Position numbers and translations under genes: made by a program | Shown here: positions 26,938-36,825 of the stretch, piece by piece | Layout: each line of letters begins with the position of its first letter | Numbering within the stretch: position 1 is the stretch's first letter | Notes under the pieces: model-generated | Seen by the model: only the letters and a program-made list of their open reading frames with translations | Database searches by the model: none | Told to the model about the DNA's origin: nothing | From: an uncultured virus (IMG/VR IMGVR_UViG_2886339191_000001) | Lineage: Duplodnaviria; Heunggongvirae; Uroviricota; Caudoviricetes | IMG/VR virus record: IMGVR_UViG_2886339191_000001 | Reading direction: 5' to 3' (one strand) | Length of the DNA stretch: 64,000 bases

Positions 26938-27503
26938 CCCGCATAACCCCCGAAGCCGACGCCGCAGTCGAGAACGCCGGCCGCAAATGGATCGCCTACA
27001 AGATCGAGATGCTGGGGCTCGAATCCCGAGTCCGAGCCCGCATCGAGGCCGACATGGAGGCCGCGATCAGCGGGCACAGCCTGGAGGTAGCCCGCGCCCT
27101 TCGAGCCGCCCTCGACATCGGCGCGACCAAAGTGGCGCTCCGCAAGGTAACCAGCAAGAACCCCGGCACGATCGAGAGCTTCCTGGCCCTGCTGGACCCC
27201 AAGAAGGAGGCAGTGACCGTCAAGTCACTAGATGGGCTCAAGCTCTTCTGGGGCTTGCTCAACGGCACGCTCAACATCACCCTCGACTCCGCGACGATCG
27301 TCACCACCGAGTTCGACCGGGGCAACCCGCTCGACTGGAGTGCTCTGTTCGAGGTGTTCGTCCGGCCTGGTGACGGCAAGGTGCTGATCGACGCGATCGA
27401 CACCTCGGGCCAGGTCGGCGCTGGCGTCACCGAGTGGCTGCGTGCCGACCGAGCCAACGAGGAGGCGGTGATCGCATGGGTTACGGCCAACCCGCAGGCC
27501 TGA
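26934..27503 (+). CDS. Hypothetical protein, paralog of 27894..28199
   Basis: Shares 'GATKVALRKVT' with 27894..28199. Confidence 0.65.
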   Translation: MTRITPEADAAVENAGRKWIAYKIEMLGLESRVRARIEADMEAAISGHSLEVARALRAALDIGATKVALRKVTSKNPGTIESFLALLDPKKEAVTVKSLDGLKLFWGLLNGTLNITLDSATIVTTEFDRGNPLDWSALFEVFVRPGDGKVLIDAIDTSGQVGAGVTEWLRADRANEEAVIAWVTANPQA

Positions 27504-27742
27504 TTGCCGTCCCGCCGCTGCCCACCCCGCCGCTGGCGCCAGTGCTCGACATCTGGGCGCTGAACCGCGGCGACCGGGTAAACGTCGCAGGTAAGATCCG
27601 CACCGTTGACAAGGTGGTGCTCAGACCCACCGCCGGGACGCTCGTTCGCTGGCAGGAGGGCAACTGGACGGAGGCCCCCGGCCCATACAACAGCGCCCAC
27701 TTCCTCGAAGCCGTCGGTGCTCACCTGGAGCAGGCCGCATGA
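27434..27742 (+). CDS. Hypothetical protein (start uncertain)
   Basis: ORF ending EQAA, coupled downstream. Confidence 0.45.
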   Translation: MAACRPSQRGGGDRMGYGQPAGLIAVPPLPTPPLAPVLDIWALNRGDRVNVAGKIRTVDKVVLRPTAGTLVRWQEGNWTEAPGPYNSAHFLEAVGAHLEQAA

Positions 27743-27893
27743 CGTGCGACCAGTTCGACGACATGGTGCGCGAGTACCGGCTCGAGGAAGCCCGAGACGA
27801 GGAGGCCAACGAGGACGACCACTTCGCCGAGTTGGCGGAGCAAGAAGCGGAGCTGCTGTGGAGACAGTAGCCCATAGGCAGAAGGAGAAACGC

Positions 27894-28199
27894 ATGACAC
27901 TTACAGTAGGCTTTGTCGGCATGAACACCCACCAAGCAATCGAAGAAGCCGGGCGCGTTTGGCGTTCCACCATCACACCGATCCCCGAGGTCAAGAAGCG
28001 CATCCGGCGTGAGGCTGAGGAGAAGATCGAGCGTGAGATTGCTGAGCGCCGCGAAGTCGCCGCCCGAGCGATCAACTACGCGATCGACCACGGAGCTACC
28101 AAGGTGGCCCTCCGCAAGGTCACCACGAAGGACCACTACGGCTTCGAGGAGTACGTCAGCCTCGGTGCCGAGCTGGCCCGCGAGGAGGCTGCGGAGTGA
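27894..28199 (+). CDS. Hypothetical protein, paralog of 26934..27503
   Basis: AAGGAG RBS; 'GATKVALRKVTTK'. Confidence 0.65.
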   Translation: MTLTVGFVGMNTHQAIEEAGRVWRSTITPIPEVKKRIRREAEEKIEREIAERREVAARAINYAIDHGATKVALRKVTTKDHYGFEEYVSLGAELAREEAAE

Positions 28200-28371
28200 C
28201 CGGGAGCTGGCAGGACCCGAAGATGGGCGCTGCGTTCCACAAGCTGCACGGCGGCTCGCCGAAGCACAATGCGGTGCCCGAGATGTTCGAGTCGGGATGG
28301 GAGGCAGGGCGCATCGCCTTCGCCAAGGAACTCGCAGCGACGGATCCCACCGTGATCGACGGGAGCGCCAA

Positions 28372-28608
28372 GTGAGCACCGACACACTGGAGGAGGTCGA
28401 CCTCGACGTCAAGGTCACCGACGCTGGAGACCACGACCTCTTCGCCCACTACTGCCGGAAGGCCGACATCGAACGCTCCATGTTCGAGGGCATCGACATC
28501 ACCGCGCTCTGCGGCAAGAAGTGGCGGCCCAGCCGCGACTTCGCCGCCTTCCCGGTGTGCCCCGACTGCAAGGAAATCTGGGAGACGATGCAGGTGACAC
28601 CAGAATGA
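28372..28608 (+). CDS. DUF3039-like Zn-binding protein
   Basis: 'GDHDLFAHY...ALCGKKWRPSRD...PVCPDCKEIW'. Confidence 0.8.
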   Translation: MSTDTLEEVDLDVKVTDAGDHDLFAHYCRKADIERSMFEGIDITALCGKKWRPSRDFAAFPVCPDCKEIWETMQVTPE

Positions 28609-30137
28609 AGCTCACCCCACGGCCCGACCAGGAGGAGAAGATCCAGCGCGTCCTCCGGGAGCCCACCCAGGGCGCGCTGATCGCTGACGACATGGGCAAG
28701 GGAAAGACGCTCATGGGAGCTGAAATCCTGACCCGCTCCGATTGGAACCGGGTGCTCATCACCGGAGTGCGCGATACCTCCAAGCAGTGGGCCGCGACGA
28801 TCGACGGGCAGAGCGACGGCCGCGTGAAGCTGCGCGTCATGAACTCACTGGTCGGCGGGGAGAAGAACTGGGCGGCCTTCATGGAGGGAGAGCCTGGCGT
28901 CTACTTCGCCGGGATCCAGTGGCTCACCAGCCGCGACTGGGAGGTCATCCAGACCCTCGACCACAACGGCAACACCAAGCCCGTCTTAGACAAGAAGACG
29001 GGGTTGCCGACCGGCAAGGTCGAGTCGCAGAGCGTCCACAAGGAGCTGTTCCGCCGGCGCCTCAACACGAAGAAGCGACACATCGACGCCGTGATCTTCG
29101 ATGAGGTCCACAAGATGCAGAACCGCCACTCGCAGGCTGCTCGCTCGATCACCTCGATCAAGAGCGACTGGCGGATCGGGATGTCCGGCACATTCATGGG
29201 TAACAACTTTCAGGGAGCCTGGAAGGTCACCCGCTGGATCTGGCCGGACCTCATCGACAACTCTTTCGTCCGCTGGCGACATGTCTGGTGCTCGCTCGAG
29301 TACCCCACCGGCCCAGGGGGAGACCCGATCCGCGATCGCTTCGGCGCTCCGACGGAGAAGGTCGTGGGGGAGAAAGACGAGGGTGCCTACGTCGCCCAGC
29401 TCCCCTGCTACATCCGGGACGAGCCGGATCCGGTGCCGCTACCGCGGATCGTCAAGGTGAAGCTCACCCCCCAGCAGAGCGCGCAGTACCTCTCGATGGA
29501 GGACAAGTCGATGGCATGGGTGCCGTCCAGCAAGCTGATGGGGCGAGAGCCCCTCCTGGCCGACCTGACGATCACGCAGCGACAGCGACTCCGCACGATG
29601 ACACTCGGCGAGGTTCGCCTCGACGAGGACGATCGGGTCACCTTCGACATCGACACGCCTAGCGCGAAGCTCAACTCGCTCAAGTTCATCATCGACAATA
29701 TCTGGCAAAATATGCCCGTCCTGATCGGCTGCTACAGCGTCGACTTCGTTGACGTGGCCACAGCGCGGCTGCAGCGTGCCGGCTACGGTGCGGTCGCCTG
29801 GCACGGGGGCATCCCGCCTAAGAAACGGGAGGACATCAAACAGCGCTTCATCGCCCGAGACCCAACTGCCCGCTATCTGGTTTGCACCATCCCCAGCATC
29901 GGAACGGGCACTGATGGCCTGCAATTTGCATGCTCTAAGCTCGTATGGCTCGAAGAATCAGAGTCACAGATCGATAACGAACAGTTCGTCAAGCGGTCAT
30001 TCCGTGATGGAATGACTACTGACTTCGGAGAATTCGAGCACGTCAAGATCGTCGCCGAGGGAACGATCGACGAAGGAATCATCATGCGGCATGACGCTGC
30101 CTCGCAGTCAATGCGCAACTCACTCCGGGCTGCTTAG
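28605..30137 (+). CDS. SF2 (SNF2-like) helicase
   Basis: 'ADDMGKGKT', 'IFDEVH', 'MSGT', 'GTGTDGLQ'. Confidence 0.88.
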   Translation: MKLTPRPDQEEKIQRVLREPTQGALIADDMGKGKTLMGAEILTRSDWNRVLITGVRDTSKQWAATIDGQSDGRVKLRVMNSLVGGEKNWAAFMEGEPGVYFAGIQWLTSRDWEVIQTLDHNGNTKPVLDKKTGLPTGKVESQSVHKELFRRRLNTKKRHIDAVIFDEVHKMQNRHSQAARSITSIKSDWRIGMSGTFMGNNFQGAWKVTRWIWPDLIDNSFVRWRHVWCSLEYPTGPGGDPIRDRFGAPTEKVVGEKDEGAYVAQLPCYIRDEPDPVPLPRIVKVKLTPQQSAQYLSMEDKSMAWVPSSKLMGREPLLADLTITQRQRLRTMTLGEVRLDEDDRVTFDIDTPSAKLNSLKFIIDNIWQNMPVLIGCYSVDFVDVATARLQRAGYGAVAWHGGIPPKKREDIKQRFIARDPTARYLVCTIPSIGTGTDGLQFACSKLVWLEESESQIDNEQFVKRSFRDGMTTDFGEFEHVKIVAEGTIDEGIIMRHDAASQSMRNSLRAA

Positions 30138-30158
30138 CCCGCTAATGGAAGGATCTGT

Positions 30159-30728
30159 ATGACTACCGCTACTGTCACCACACTCGCTCGAACCCAGCCC
30201 AAGAGCCGCGGGAGAACCCAGGTCGAGCGCCTCAAGAACACGATCGAGATAGAGAACATCGAGCGGCTGCGCAAGGAGGGGGCCAACCGAGCCCCGCGCT
30301 TCTCGGCGCAACACAAGTTCGTGCTCATCCTGCTCCTGTCGTTGGCGCTGTTCATGGCCGCCGCCTCCTTCATCACCTCCTTCAACGGCCTGTTCGGTGC
30401 CGCAGCGTGGGCGATCGGCGACAAGACACCGTGGCTCCAGGTCGCCGCCCCGGTGATGTTCGACGTGGCAATCATCGCCTTCACCTTGAAGCTGTTCATG
30501 GACCGCGAGGAGGGCGTCTCCATCCGCTCTAACTGGGCCTGGATCGGTGTCCTCGCCGCGGTGAGCGCTACGGCGAACGTCTTCCATACGCTGACCGTCA
30601 CCACCGCCACCACGCTCCCTCAGCTCGTGATGGGCTGCGTCATCTCCGGCTGCTCCCCGTTCCTCCTGGCTCTCGTCATCGACGTCGCCGCCTCCAAGGT
30701 ATTCAAGCGCCCCGAGGCCGCCAAGTGA
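30159..30728 (+). CDS. Multi-pass membrane protein (DUF2637-like)
   Basis: Four hydrophobic segments; 'SFNGL', 'PVMFD', 'ANVFH'. Confidence 0.65.
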   Translation: MTTATVTTLARTQPKSRGRTQVERLKNTIEIENIERLRKEGANRAPRFSAQHKFVLILLLSLALFMAAASFITSFNGLFGAAAWAIGDKTPWLQVAAPVMFDVAIIAFTLKLFMDREEGVSIRSNWAWIGVLAAVSATANVFHTLTVTTATTLPQLVMGCVISGCSPFLLALVIDVAASKVFKRPEAAK

Positions 30729-30931
30729 CCGCCCGCGCTGAGCGGAAGCTCCTGCGCCGGCTGGGCCGAGCGCTCGAGTTGCAGCGACACTGCAAGACCG
30801 ACCAGATTATCGCCGGTCATCCCCACCTCGCGGGGCAGAGCCAGTCGAAAATCGCCCAGCTCGAGGCCGAGCGCGAGGCCTGCTGCAAGCGGCTCGACCG
30901 CTTGGCGCGGCCCCACGTCGAGACGGTGTAG
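30725..30931 (+). CDS. Hypothetical protein
   Basis: Coupled ORF. Confidence 0.5.
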   Translation: MTARAERKLLRRLGRALELQRHCKTDQIIAGHPHLAGQSQSKIAQLEAEREACCKRLDRLARPHVETV

Positions 30932-31076
30932 CTATCCGTTTCAAGTTCTCAGTAGAGCTGCGCGTAGAGCGCACGCCAAAGGAGGTCGAGGAGCCCACTG
31001 GCCCCGAAGGGACCACATCCAGCCACGAGCTGGCATATCAGCCGAGCTACATCGGATTCAAGGCGAACGAAGGAGA

Positions 31077-31364
31077 ATGATGGACCAGGAAGAAAAGCAC
31101 GAACTGCTCAACGGCTACGACCAGTGGAAGCGTCGGGTTGGCCAGGCCGAGCCCGACGTGTCACCGAACGCATATCTGCTAACCCTGCATACGGAGAAGA
31201 TGTTCACCGCTTTGGCCGAGGCAGTCACCAGCGCTAATGCGTCAGTCGAGAGGCTCGAGAGCATCATTGTGGAGGAGCTGAACAGTGGCGACAGCGGCAG
31301 CGGGGAACTCACTACCGGGTTGCAGTCGATCGTCGCCGAGCTGCGTACCATCCGCTATCCGTGA
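31077..31364 (+). CDS. Hypothetical protein
   Basis: AAGGAG RBS; 95 aa. Confidence 0.55.
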   Translation: MMDQEEKHELLNGYDQWKRRVGQAEPDVSPNAYLLTLHTEKMFTALAEAVTSANASVERLESIIVEELNSGDSGSGELTTGLQSIVAELRTIRYP

Positions 31365-31678
31365 TGAGTGCCTCAAAGCGAAAGGCCCAACAGTTCATCC
31401 GTAACACCGCCGACCGTGAGTTCGAGGAGGCGCACCTGGACGGCTTGATTCTCAAGTGCAGGCAGCCCGGCTCCTGGAAGTATTACATCGGCTTCAAACC
31501 AAGCGATAGGCCAAGCCCAGAAGGAGCTGCCCGGCTCTGTGGGGGTGTGCCTGGCGTGTCCGAGAAGTGCCCGCTAATTGAGGCATGCAGGGCCTTCGCT
31601 CACAACCTTCCACCCGGCATCGCCGATGGCGTGTGGGGCGGTCAGGTCTGGATTGATGGCGTGATTCAGACCGACTAA
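31361..31678 (+). CDS. whiB: WhiB-family transcription factor (divergent)
   Basis: Four Cys ('LKC', 'RLC', 'KCP', 'EAC') plus a 'GVWGG' turn; the usual CxxC is expanded to C-x9-C. Confidence 0.75.
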   Translation: MMSASKRKAQQFIRNTADREFEEAHLDGLILKCRQPGSWKYYIGFKPSDRPSPEGAARLCGGVPGVSEKCPLIEACRAFAHNLPPGIADGVWGGQVWIDGVIQTD

Positions 31679-31935
31679 AAATTAGTCAGAAAAACCTCTT
31701 GTGTTTTGCTGGCTAAATACGCTACCTTAATAGTCACAGGTAGTCACAGTGACTGCCTCCCGAGTGAACGGAGGTCAGAGTGTTCCAGCCAGACACCGTT
31801 AGGAGGTAAGTCGCTCCCCCTGTTAGAGACCAATCCAACAAGGAGTGACCACCATCAACAGGCCATGCAGGACCCGGCCGGGGTAGGTAGCAACACAGCT
31901 ACCTTCCCGGCCCTCAACACGAACGGAGCAACAAA

Positions 31936-32919
31936 ATGAGCATGACAGAAGACGAGTTCAGGGACTTCCAAATCGCCCTCCTCAACCCCCGCACCACCCG
32001 CGACGCACAGACCGAGGTCGGCGCATCCAACCTCGCCAATCCCTGCGACCGCTGCCGCGCCTACGAAATCACCGGCGTCGAGCGCAGCGACCCAATCATG
32101 GACGGAGCCTGGGGCGGTCGAGTGATCGGAACCGCGATCCACTCCCACATCCAGCACAACGTCGAGACCGCAGCCGCCACGGCCAACGAGGTCGGCGATG
32201 ACCTCGCCCAGATCGGGTGGCGCTACCCCGGACTCGAATCAGAAGTCAAGCTCGTCATCGGTGAGCTGCTCCCTGGTCGTGTCATCACCTCCACCACGGA
32301 CCTCTGGGTCCCGAGCCGCAACGTCGTCGGCGACTGGAAGAACACGGACCTCCGCAAGCTCGCCTTCATCCGTGACGCTCTCGGCATGATGCGCGGCGCT
32401 GGCCCCATCTTCGGCCGCGACCACGACCACGTTCTCGTCTACCAGGAGAAGGAGCCCGGCCTGTTCCGCAAGGCAATCAAGGGCGTCTCCGAGCGTATCT
32501 ACGCCGACGAAATCGAGCACGCCAAGTACAAGCTCACCCGCAACTCGAACCAGCTTCACATCTACGGCCTCGGGCTCGAGAACCGCGGCGAGAAGGTCGA
32601 GCAGGCGTTCATCGGATACATCGCCCGCGACTCGGCCATGACGGTCGACAACCGCGAGTCCTCCCGCTACCTCGAGGAGGGAGCCCCGCGCGGCATCGTC
32701 TCGATCGCCTTCAACTACAGCCACGACTACGCAGCCGGGCTCTGGAAGAATGCACAGGCCATGGCCTCAGCGCTCGACTCCGGTGCCAAGCAACCGCTCG
32801 ACTACATGCCTCACCCGGCATGCGGCGTCTGCGTCGGAGAGGCGAAGCGCGAAGTCCGCGCCTCCGTCACCGTCGCACCCCCCGTCGAAGCGATCGACCC
32901 TTGGCTGACCGCAGCATGA
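31936..32919 (+). CDS. Cas4/RecB-like PD-(D/E)XK exonuclease
   Basis: 'GASNLANPCDRC', 'GTAIH', 'TDL...VGDWK', 'QLHIYG', 'CGVC'. Confidence 0.8.
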   Translation: MSMTEDEFRDFQIALLNPRTTRDAQTEVGASNLANPCDRCRAYEITGVERSDPIMDGAWGGRVIGTAIHSHIQHNVETAAATANEVGDDLAQIGWRYPGLESEVKLVIGELLPGRVITSTTDLWVPSRNVVGDWKNTDLRKLAFIRDALGMMRGAGPIFGRDHDHVLVYQEKEPGLFRKAIKGVSERIYADEIEHAKYKLTRNSNQLHIYGLGLENRGEKVEQAFIGYIARDSAMTVDNRESSRYLEEGAPRGIVSIAFNYSHDYAAGLWKNAQAMASALDSGAKQPLDYMPHPACGVCVGEAKREVRASVTVAPPVEAIDPWLTAA

Positions 32920-33734
32920 GCGCAGTCCAGGACGGCATGGTGGCGGGAGGGCTAATACCGTCAACGTTTACTGAGGCCCAACGGAGTCGGATAACTTTTA
33001 TTACGACCCCGCCAGCGAACGAGACGGCAATTTGGAAGTGGCTGAATGACCCCCTCAACGAGTCTGATATAAAAGCAATTGCTTCTCTTTACCTCCTGTC
33101 GGTTGTAAAACTCCGCCAGCGGTCTGAAACCCGCGAAAAGGAGCGGGAGGTAGTCGCGTCCCCACGTCCAGAAACCACCTCAGTGCGACCCACGCCTGCA
33201 CCTAGCAAGTCAGAAGGAATGCGTCAGAGGTTACGAGAGTCTGGTGTTCCTGCGGGAAAGTTGCGCAAGGGTGACCCGGTCATCGTCGGTGACACATTCA
33301 TCAATGAGGCTTGGTTCCAACTTGCAAGCGGGAAGAAGTGGCTTAGCAATAACCCAGAACTGCTTGGTAAGGCTGAGGCCATTGCGCATGAAGTCCAGGC
33401 TGAATGGCAAAAGAGCTCGGGGAGAAGCGACCCTGGAGTCATGTTTCGGCAGCAACTTTCGTCCACTATTTCAGATTATGGCAAAGGCCTCCGGGCGAGT
33501 TGGGATGCCAAGCTACTATCGGAGGAATTCGCAGTCGATGGAATAAGTGTGAAGTGGGGCTCAGCGACTAAAGAGCAGCATCGCAAACGCGCAGACTCCC
33601 TTGAGAAGCATGCACTTGGTACCGCAAGGACCGCAGCACTCCATCTTGCAGCCATACGAGATATTGACAACATCGGAGCACATAATCTCGACGACGTATT
33701 CAGTAGCGTTAACCAACGAAGGGACACGCCATGA
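32916..33734 (+). CDS. Hypothetical protein with atypical, lower-GC codon usage
   Basis: 272 aa, coupled on both sides; many A/T-ending codons. Confidence 0.65.
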   Translation: MSAVQDGMVAGGLIPSTFTEAQRSRITFITTPPANETAIWKWLNDPLNESDIKAIASLYLLSVVKLRQRSETREKEREVVASPRPETTSVRPTPAPSKSEGMRQRLRESGVPAGKLRKGDPVIVGDTFINEAWFQLASGKKWLSNNPELLGKAEAIAHEVQAEWQKSSGRSDPGVMFRQQLSSTISDYGKGLRASWDAKLLSEEFAVDGISVKWGSATKEQHRKRADSLEKHALGTARTAALHLAAIRDIDNIGAHNLDDVFSSVNQRRDTP

Positions 33735-34036
33735 GCGTCATTATCAACATCAGCATCGCAAACGGCGCGGGTCACCGCCACCTCGAAATCAACCGGCTCA
33801 ACCCGGAGCAGATGAAGATGGACGGCCCGCACCGCTCCCGCGACGACATCGCCAACTACGAAGTTATCGTGCGGGATGGGGGCCGAGGTCCATACCCAGC
33901 TCGCGCAACGTTTTACCACCGCTACGGCGACTCGGAGATGCACCTGTTCGGCGAGGCCATCCAGGCGCTCATCGGCGTCATCCCGCAGCGCAAAGCACCC
34001 ACCCCAACAACGCAGTCCGAAGGGAACACACCATGA
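33731..34036 (+). CDS. Hypothetical protein
   Basis: Coupled ORF. Confidence 0.6.
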   Translation: MSVIINISIANGAGHRHLEINRLNPEQMKMDGPHRSRDDIANYEVIVRDGGRGPYPARATFYHRYGDSEMHLFGEAIQALIGVIPQRKAPTPTTQSEGNTP

Positions 34037-35340
34037 GCCAGAACATCCAAACCCTCACCGTCTCCAACTTCAAGGGGATCCGCGGGGAAGTCACCCTCCA
34101 CCCATCGGGCGAGTCCTTGATCGTCCTGTCCGGCGCGAACGGGCAGGGCAAGTCCTCCTTCATCGACGGGATCCGCGAGCTGTTCGACCCGCAGGGCGCG
34201 AAGGAGACCGCGCTGCCCATGAATATTGACGCCGATGGCAACAGCTACGCCGAATTCACCACCGCGACCGCCCGAGTCCGACGCACCTGGAAGGAGCAGG
34301 GCAACGCCGGCAAGCTCCAGGCATGGGAGCGCGACGAGAACGGCATCGAGAAGGTCGCCGCAACCACCCCAACCCAGTTCATCCTGAACGCCACTGGGGG
34401 TGCGATCTTCGACGCCGAGAGCTTCATCAATCTCGACGACAAGAAGCAGCGCGCCGCCCTCCTCGCCCGAGTCGAACTTCCCTTCGACCTGGATGCCCTA
34501 GCTGCCAAGCGTGCCCAGGCATACGAGGCCCGTCGGGACGCGAAGAAGGAGGTGGACACGCTGGCCGCTCAGGTCGCCGGCATGCCACCGATCGACGTGA
34601 CGCTGCCGGAGACGGAAACCCCGTCGTCGGAGATTCTCGCCGCACTCGACAAGGTGCGAGAGCACAACGCTCTCGTGCAACACCAGGGAGCAGTAGCGGC
34701 AAGCGCCACCGCTCAGCGCCAAGCCGCCCATGGCGAGGTGGAACGACTGGCCGAGGCGTTCGCCGCTGCGCAGGTCGCAGCGGGTGCAGCGGTGGCTGCC
34801 GAGAAGGAGGCGGCCATCGAGGCGGCGAGCATTGAGCCGAAGGACGAGAGTGCGCTGGTCGCCCAGCTCGCTGCAGCCGACACCACGAACGCTGCGATCC
34901 GGGCTCAGGCGGTCCGCCGCAAGGCCGATGGGGAGCTGACCGCAAAGCGCGAAGCTCACGCTCTGTGGGATGGGCGTGTCGCATCGGTCGACAAGATCAA
35001 GGCGGACGGACTTGCCGGAGCGAAGTTCCCGATCGAAGGCCTCTCGGTCGACGACGACGGGATCACCGTCGGCGGGATACCGTTCCGCCAGTTGAATGAC
35101 GCCACCAAGGCGCAGGTTGCCTTTGACCTGGCCACCGCCGCCCAGCCGGACGTTCGCCTGTTCTACATGAAGCAGGGTGACCTGCTGGACCGCCAGAGCC
35201 TCACTGGCCTCGCCGAGAAGGCAGCAGGGCGCGGCTACACGCTGCTGATGGAGCGTGACCGTGACGAGTCCCGCCAGTTGTTCGGGGCGACGTTCACCAA
35301 CGGCCAGGCGAGCATCAACACCGCCGTGGTGGCCGCATGA
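34033..35340 (+). CDS. SMC/Rad50-like coiled-coil ATPase
   Basis: 'VSNFKGI', Walker A 'GANGQGKSS', long Ala-rich coiled coil. Confidence 0.8.
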   Translation: MSQNIQTLTVSNFKGIRGEVTLHPSGESLIVLSGANGQGKSSFIDGIRELFDPQGAKETALPMNIDADGNSYAEFTTATARVRRTWKEQGNAGKLQAWERDENGIEKVAATTPTQFILNATGGAIFDAESFINLDDKKQRAALLARVELPFDLDALAAKRAQAYEARRDAKKEVDTLAAQVAGMPPIDVTLPETETPSSEILAALDKVREHNALVQHQGAVAASATAQRQAAHGEVERLAEAFAAAQVAAGAAVAAEKEAAIEAASIEPKDESALVAQLAAADTTNAAIRAQAVRRKADGELTAKREAHALWDGRVASVDKIKADGLAGAKFPIEGLSVDDDGITVGGIPFRQLNDATKAQVAFDLATAAQPDVRLFYMKQGDLLDRQSLTGLAEKAAGRGYTLLMERDRDESRQLFGATFTNGQASINTAVVAA

Positions 35341-35657
35341 GCGTCGAGCTGATCGCGCAGAAGATCCTTGCCGACAACTTTGGCCAGCGCGCTGAGGAGG
35401 TTGACATCCGCCAGCTTCTCGAGCAGGCAGCACGCTTGGGTGAGAACGAAGGCTCATCATTCGAGGCAGCCAAGGTGTGCCTCTGCCCCGAGTGGTTGCC
35501 ACGCGAAGAATATCCGCACGTCTACGACTACTGCCCGTTCTATTGCTCAGACTGCAATTACGACTCGCACCGTTGTAGAGGTTGTGGGGAAGAACTCCAG
35601 CACAGCGACCTGGGGGGCCACTTCGCGCAGCACAAGGAAGACGGCGACTTCGAGTGA
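35337..35657 (+). CDS. Cys-rich hypothetical protein
   Basis: Several CxxC motifs. Confidence 0.55.
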   Translation: MSVELIAQKILADNFGQRAEEVDIRQLLEQAARLGENEGSSFEAAKVCLCPEWLPREEYPHVYDYCPFYCSDCNYDSHRCRGCGEELQHSDLGGHFAQHKEDGDFE

Positions 35658-35854
35658 GCCGGCCAGACGAGCGCCGCTACTTCGGCCCGTGCCAGCGGTG
35701 CGGTGTCGCGTCCAAGACAGAACGCCGCCACCCACTGTGCAAGGACTGCCGCACCTTGCTCAACAAGGCCGAGGCAAGTGCCTGGAAGAGACCACTCCCC
35801 ACATGTAGTGGTCAAGAAATGACCGAAGCAGACTTGCTTGCATCTGCCAGCTAA
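35654..35854 (+). CDS. Small Zn-finger protein
   Basis: CQRC and CKDC; GTG start, coupled. Confidence 0.5.
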   Translation: MSRPDERRYFGPCQRCGVASKTERRHPLCKDCRTLLNKAEASAWKRPLPTCSGQEMTEADLLASAS

Positions 35855-35890
35855 TCGAACCAGAATTACAAACTCAAGGAGGAACCACCC

Positions 35891-36808
35891 ATGACCGACA
35901 CATCCACCCTCGCCCCCGCGGCACCGACCCTGCTCTCCCTCAGCTCGCTCGCTGACATCATCGGCATCGAAACGTCCGACAGCGTGGAGGTTGGCTTCCC
36001 GTCCTGCATCGCCGTCATCGGCGATGCTGGAGCCGGAAAGACCACCCTCGCCGGTGGCCTCGTCAAGATCCCTGACTTCAAGGACAAGAAGATCGCCTAC
36101 ATCGACGTCGAGAACGGAACCTCCGTTTGGGCGCTGGACCCGCAGGTGATGCACGCCGTGAAGACCGGTCAGATCACCCGCTTGCCGATCAAGAAGACTG
36201 ACCCGATGAAGGCCAAGCCGCAGCTTGACCGGCTCCTCGGCTACGTCGACGAGACCGGGCAGAAGCAGATTGGCGCGCTATTCTCCCCGGCGTTCGACTG
36301 CGACATTATCGTGATCGACACCTTCGACACCTTCCAGGACATCGGGTTCCAATACTTCATGGCTACCTGCAAGAACGCGGCCGGAGTGCAGGATGCGCTG
36401 GCCGCCTATGGCAAGCTCGCCCCCTGGACAAACGATGTCCTCTGGGAGCTGCAGCTCGGCAAGCCCTTCGGCCTCGTGCTCTCGCACGGCATGGAGAAGA
36501 AGGACAAGAAGACCGGGATCGACAAGCTCACCATGAAGCTCGCGGGGTCCGCCAAGGAGAACGTCGCCTCGATCCCGGACCTCGTGGCCTACATGGGGTG
36601 GCAGGAGAACGAGAACGATGAGGAGCCTCGTCGCCCGCACCTCGTCGGCCACATGAGCCAGAGCCCGGACGCCACACTCAAGAACCGCTATGGCTTCACG
36701 GAGCCGATGTGGGACTTCACACTCCCGAAGCTGTTCGCAGCGATCAACGCGAAGATCGACGCCTCCAAGGCGATCGTCGACGCACACACCACCAGCACCA
36801 ACAACTAG
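35891..36808 (+). CDS. AAA/RecA-fold ATPase (Sak4-like single-strand annealing protein)
   Basis: 'GDAGAGKTT', 'YIDVENG', 'IVIDT', 'KNRY'; AAGGAGG RBS. Confidence 0.8.
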   Translation: MTDTSTLAPAAPTLLSLSSLADIIGIETSDSVEVGFPSCIAVIGDAGAGKTTLAGGLVKIPDFKDKKIAYIDVENGTSVWALDPQVMHAVKTGQITRLPIKKTDPMKAKPQLDRLLGYVDETGQKQIGALFSPAFDCDIIVIDTFDTFQDIGFQYFMATCKNAAGVQDALAAYGKLAPWTNDVLWELQLGKPFGLVLSHGMEKKDKKTGIDKLTMKLAGSAKENVASIPDLVAYMGWQENENDEEPRRPHLVGHMSQSPDATLKNRYGFTEPMWDFTLPKLFAAINAKIDASKAIVDAHTTSTNN

Positions 36809-36825
36809 TAGGAGGATCACACAAC

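Noticed and set aside
31936..32919. CRISPR-Cas locus
   Set aside because: The Cas4-like nuclease is a common stand-alone phage recombination gene; I saw no repeat-spacer array or other cas genes
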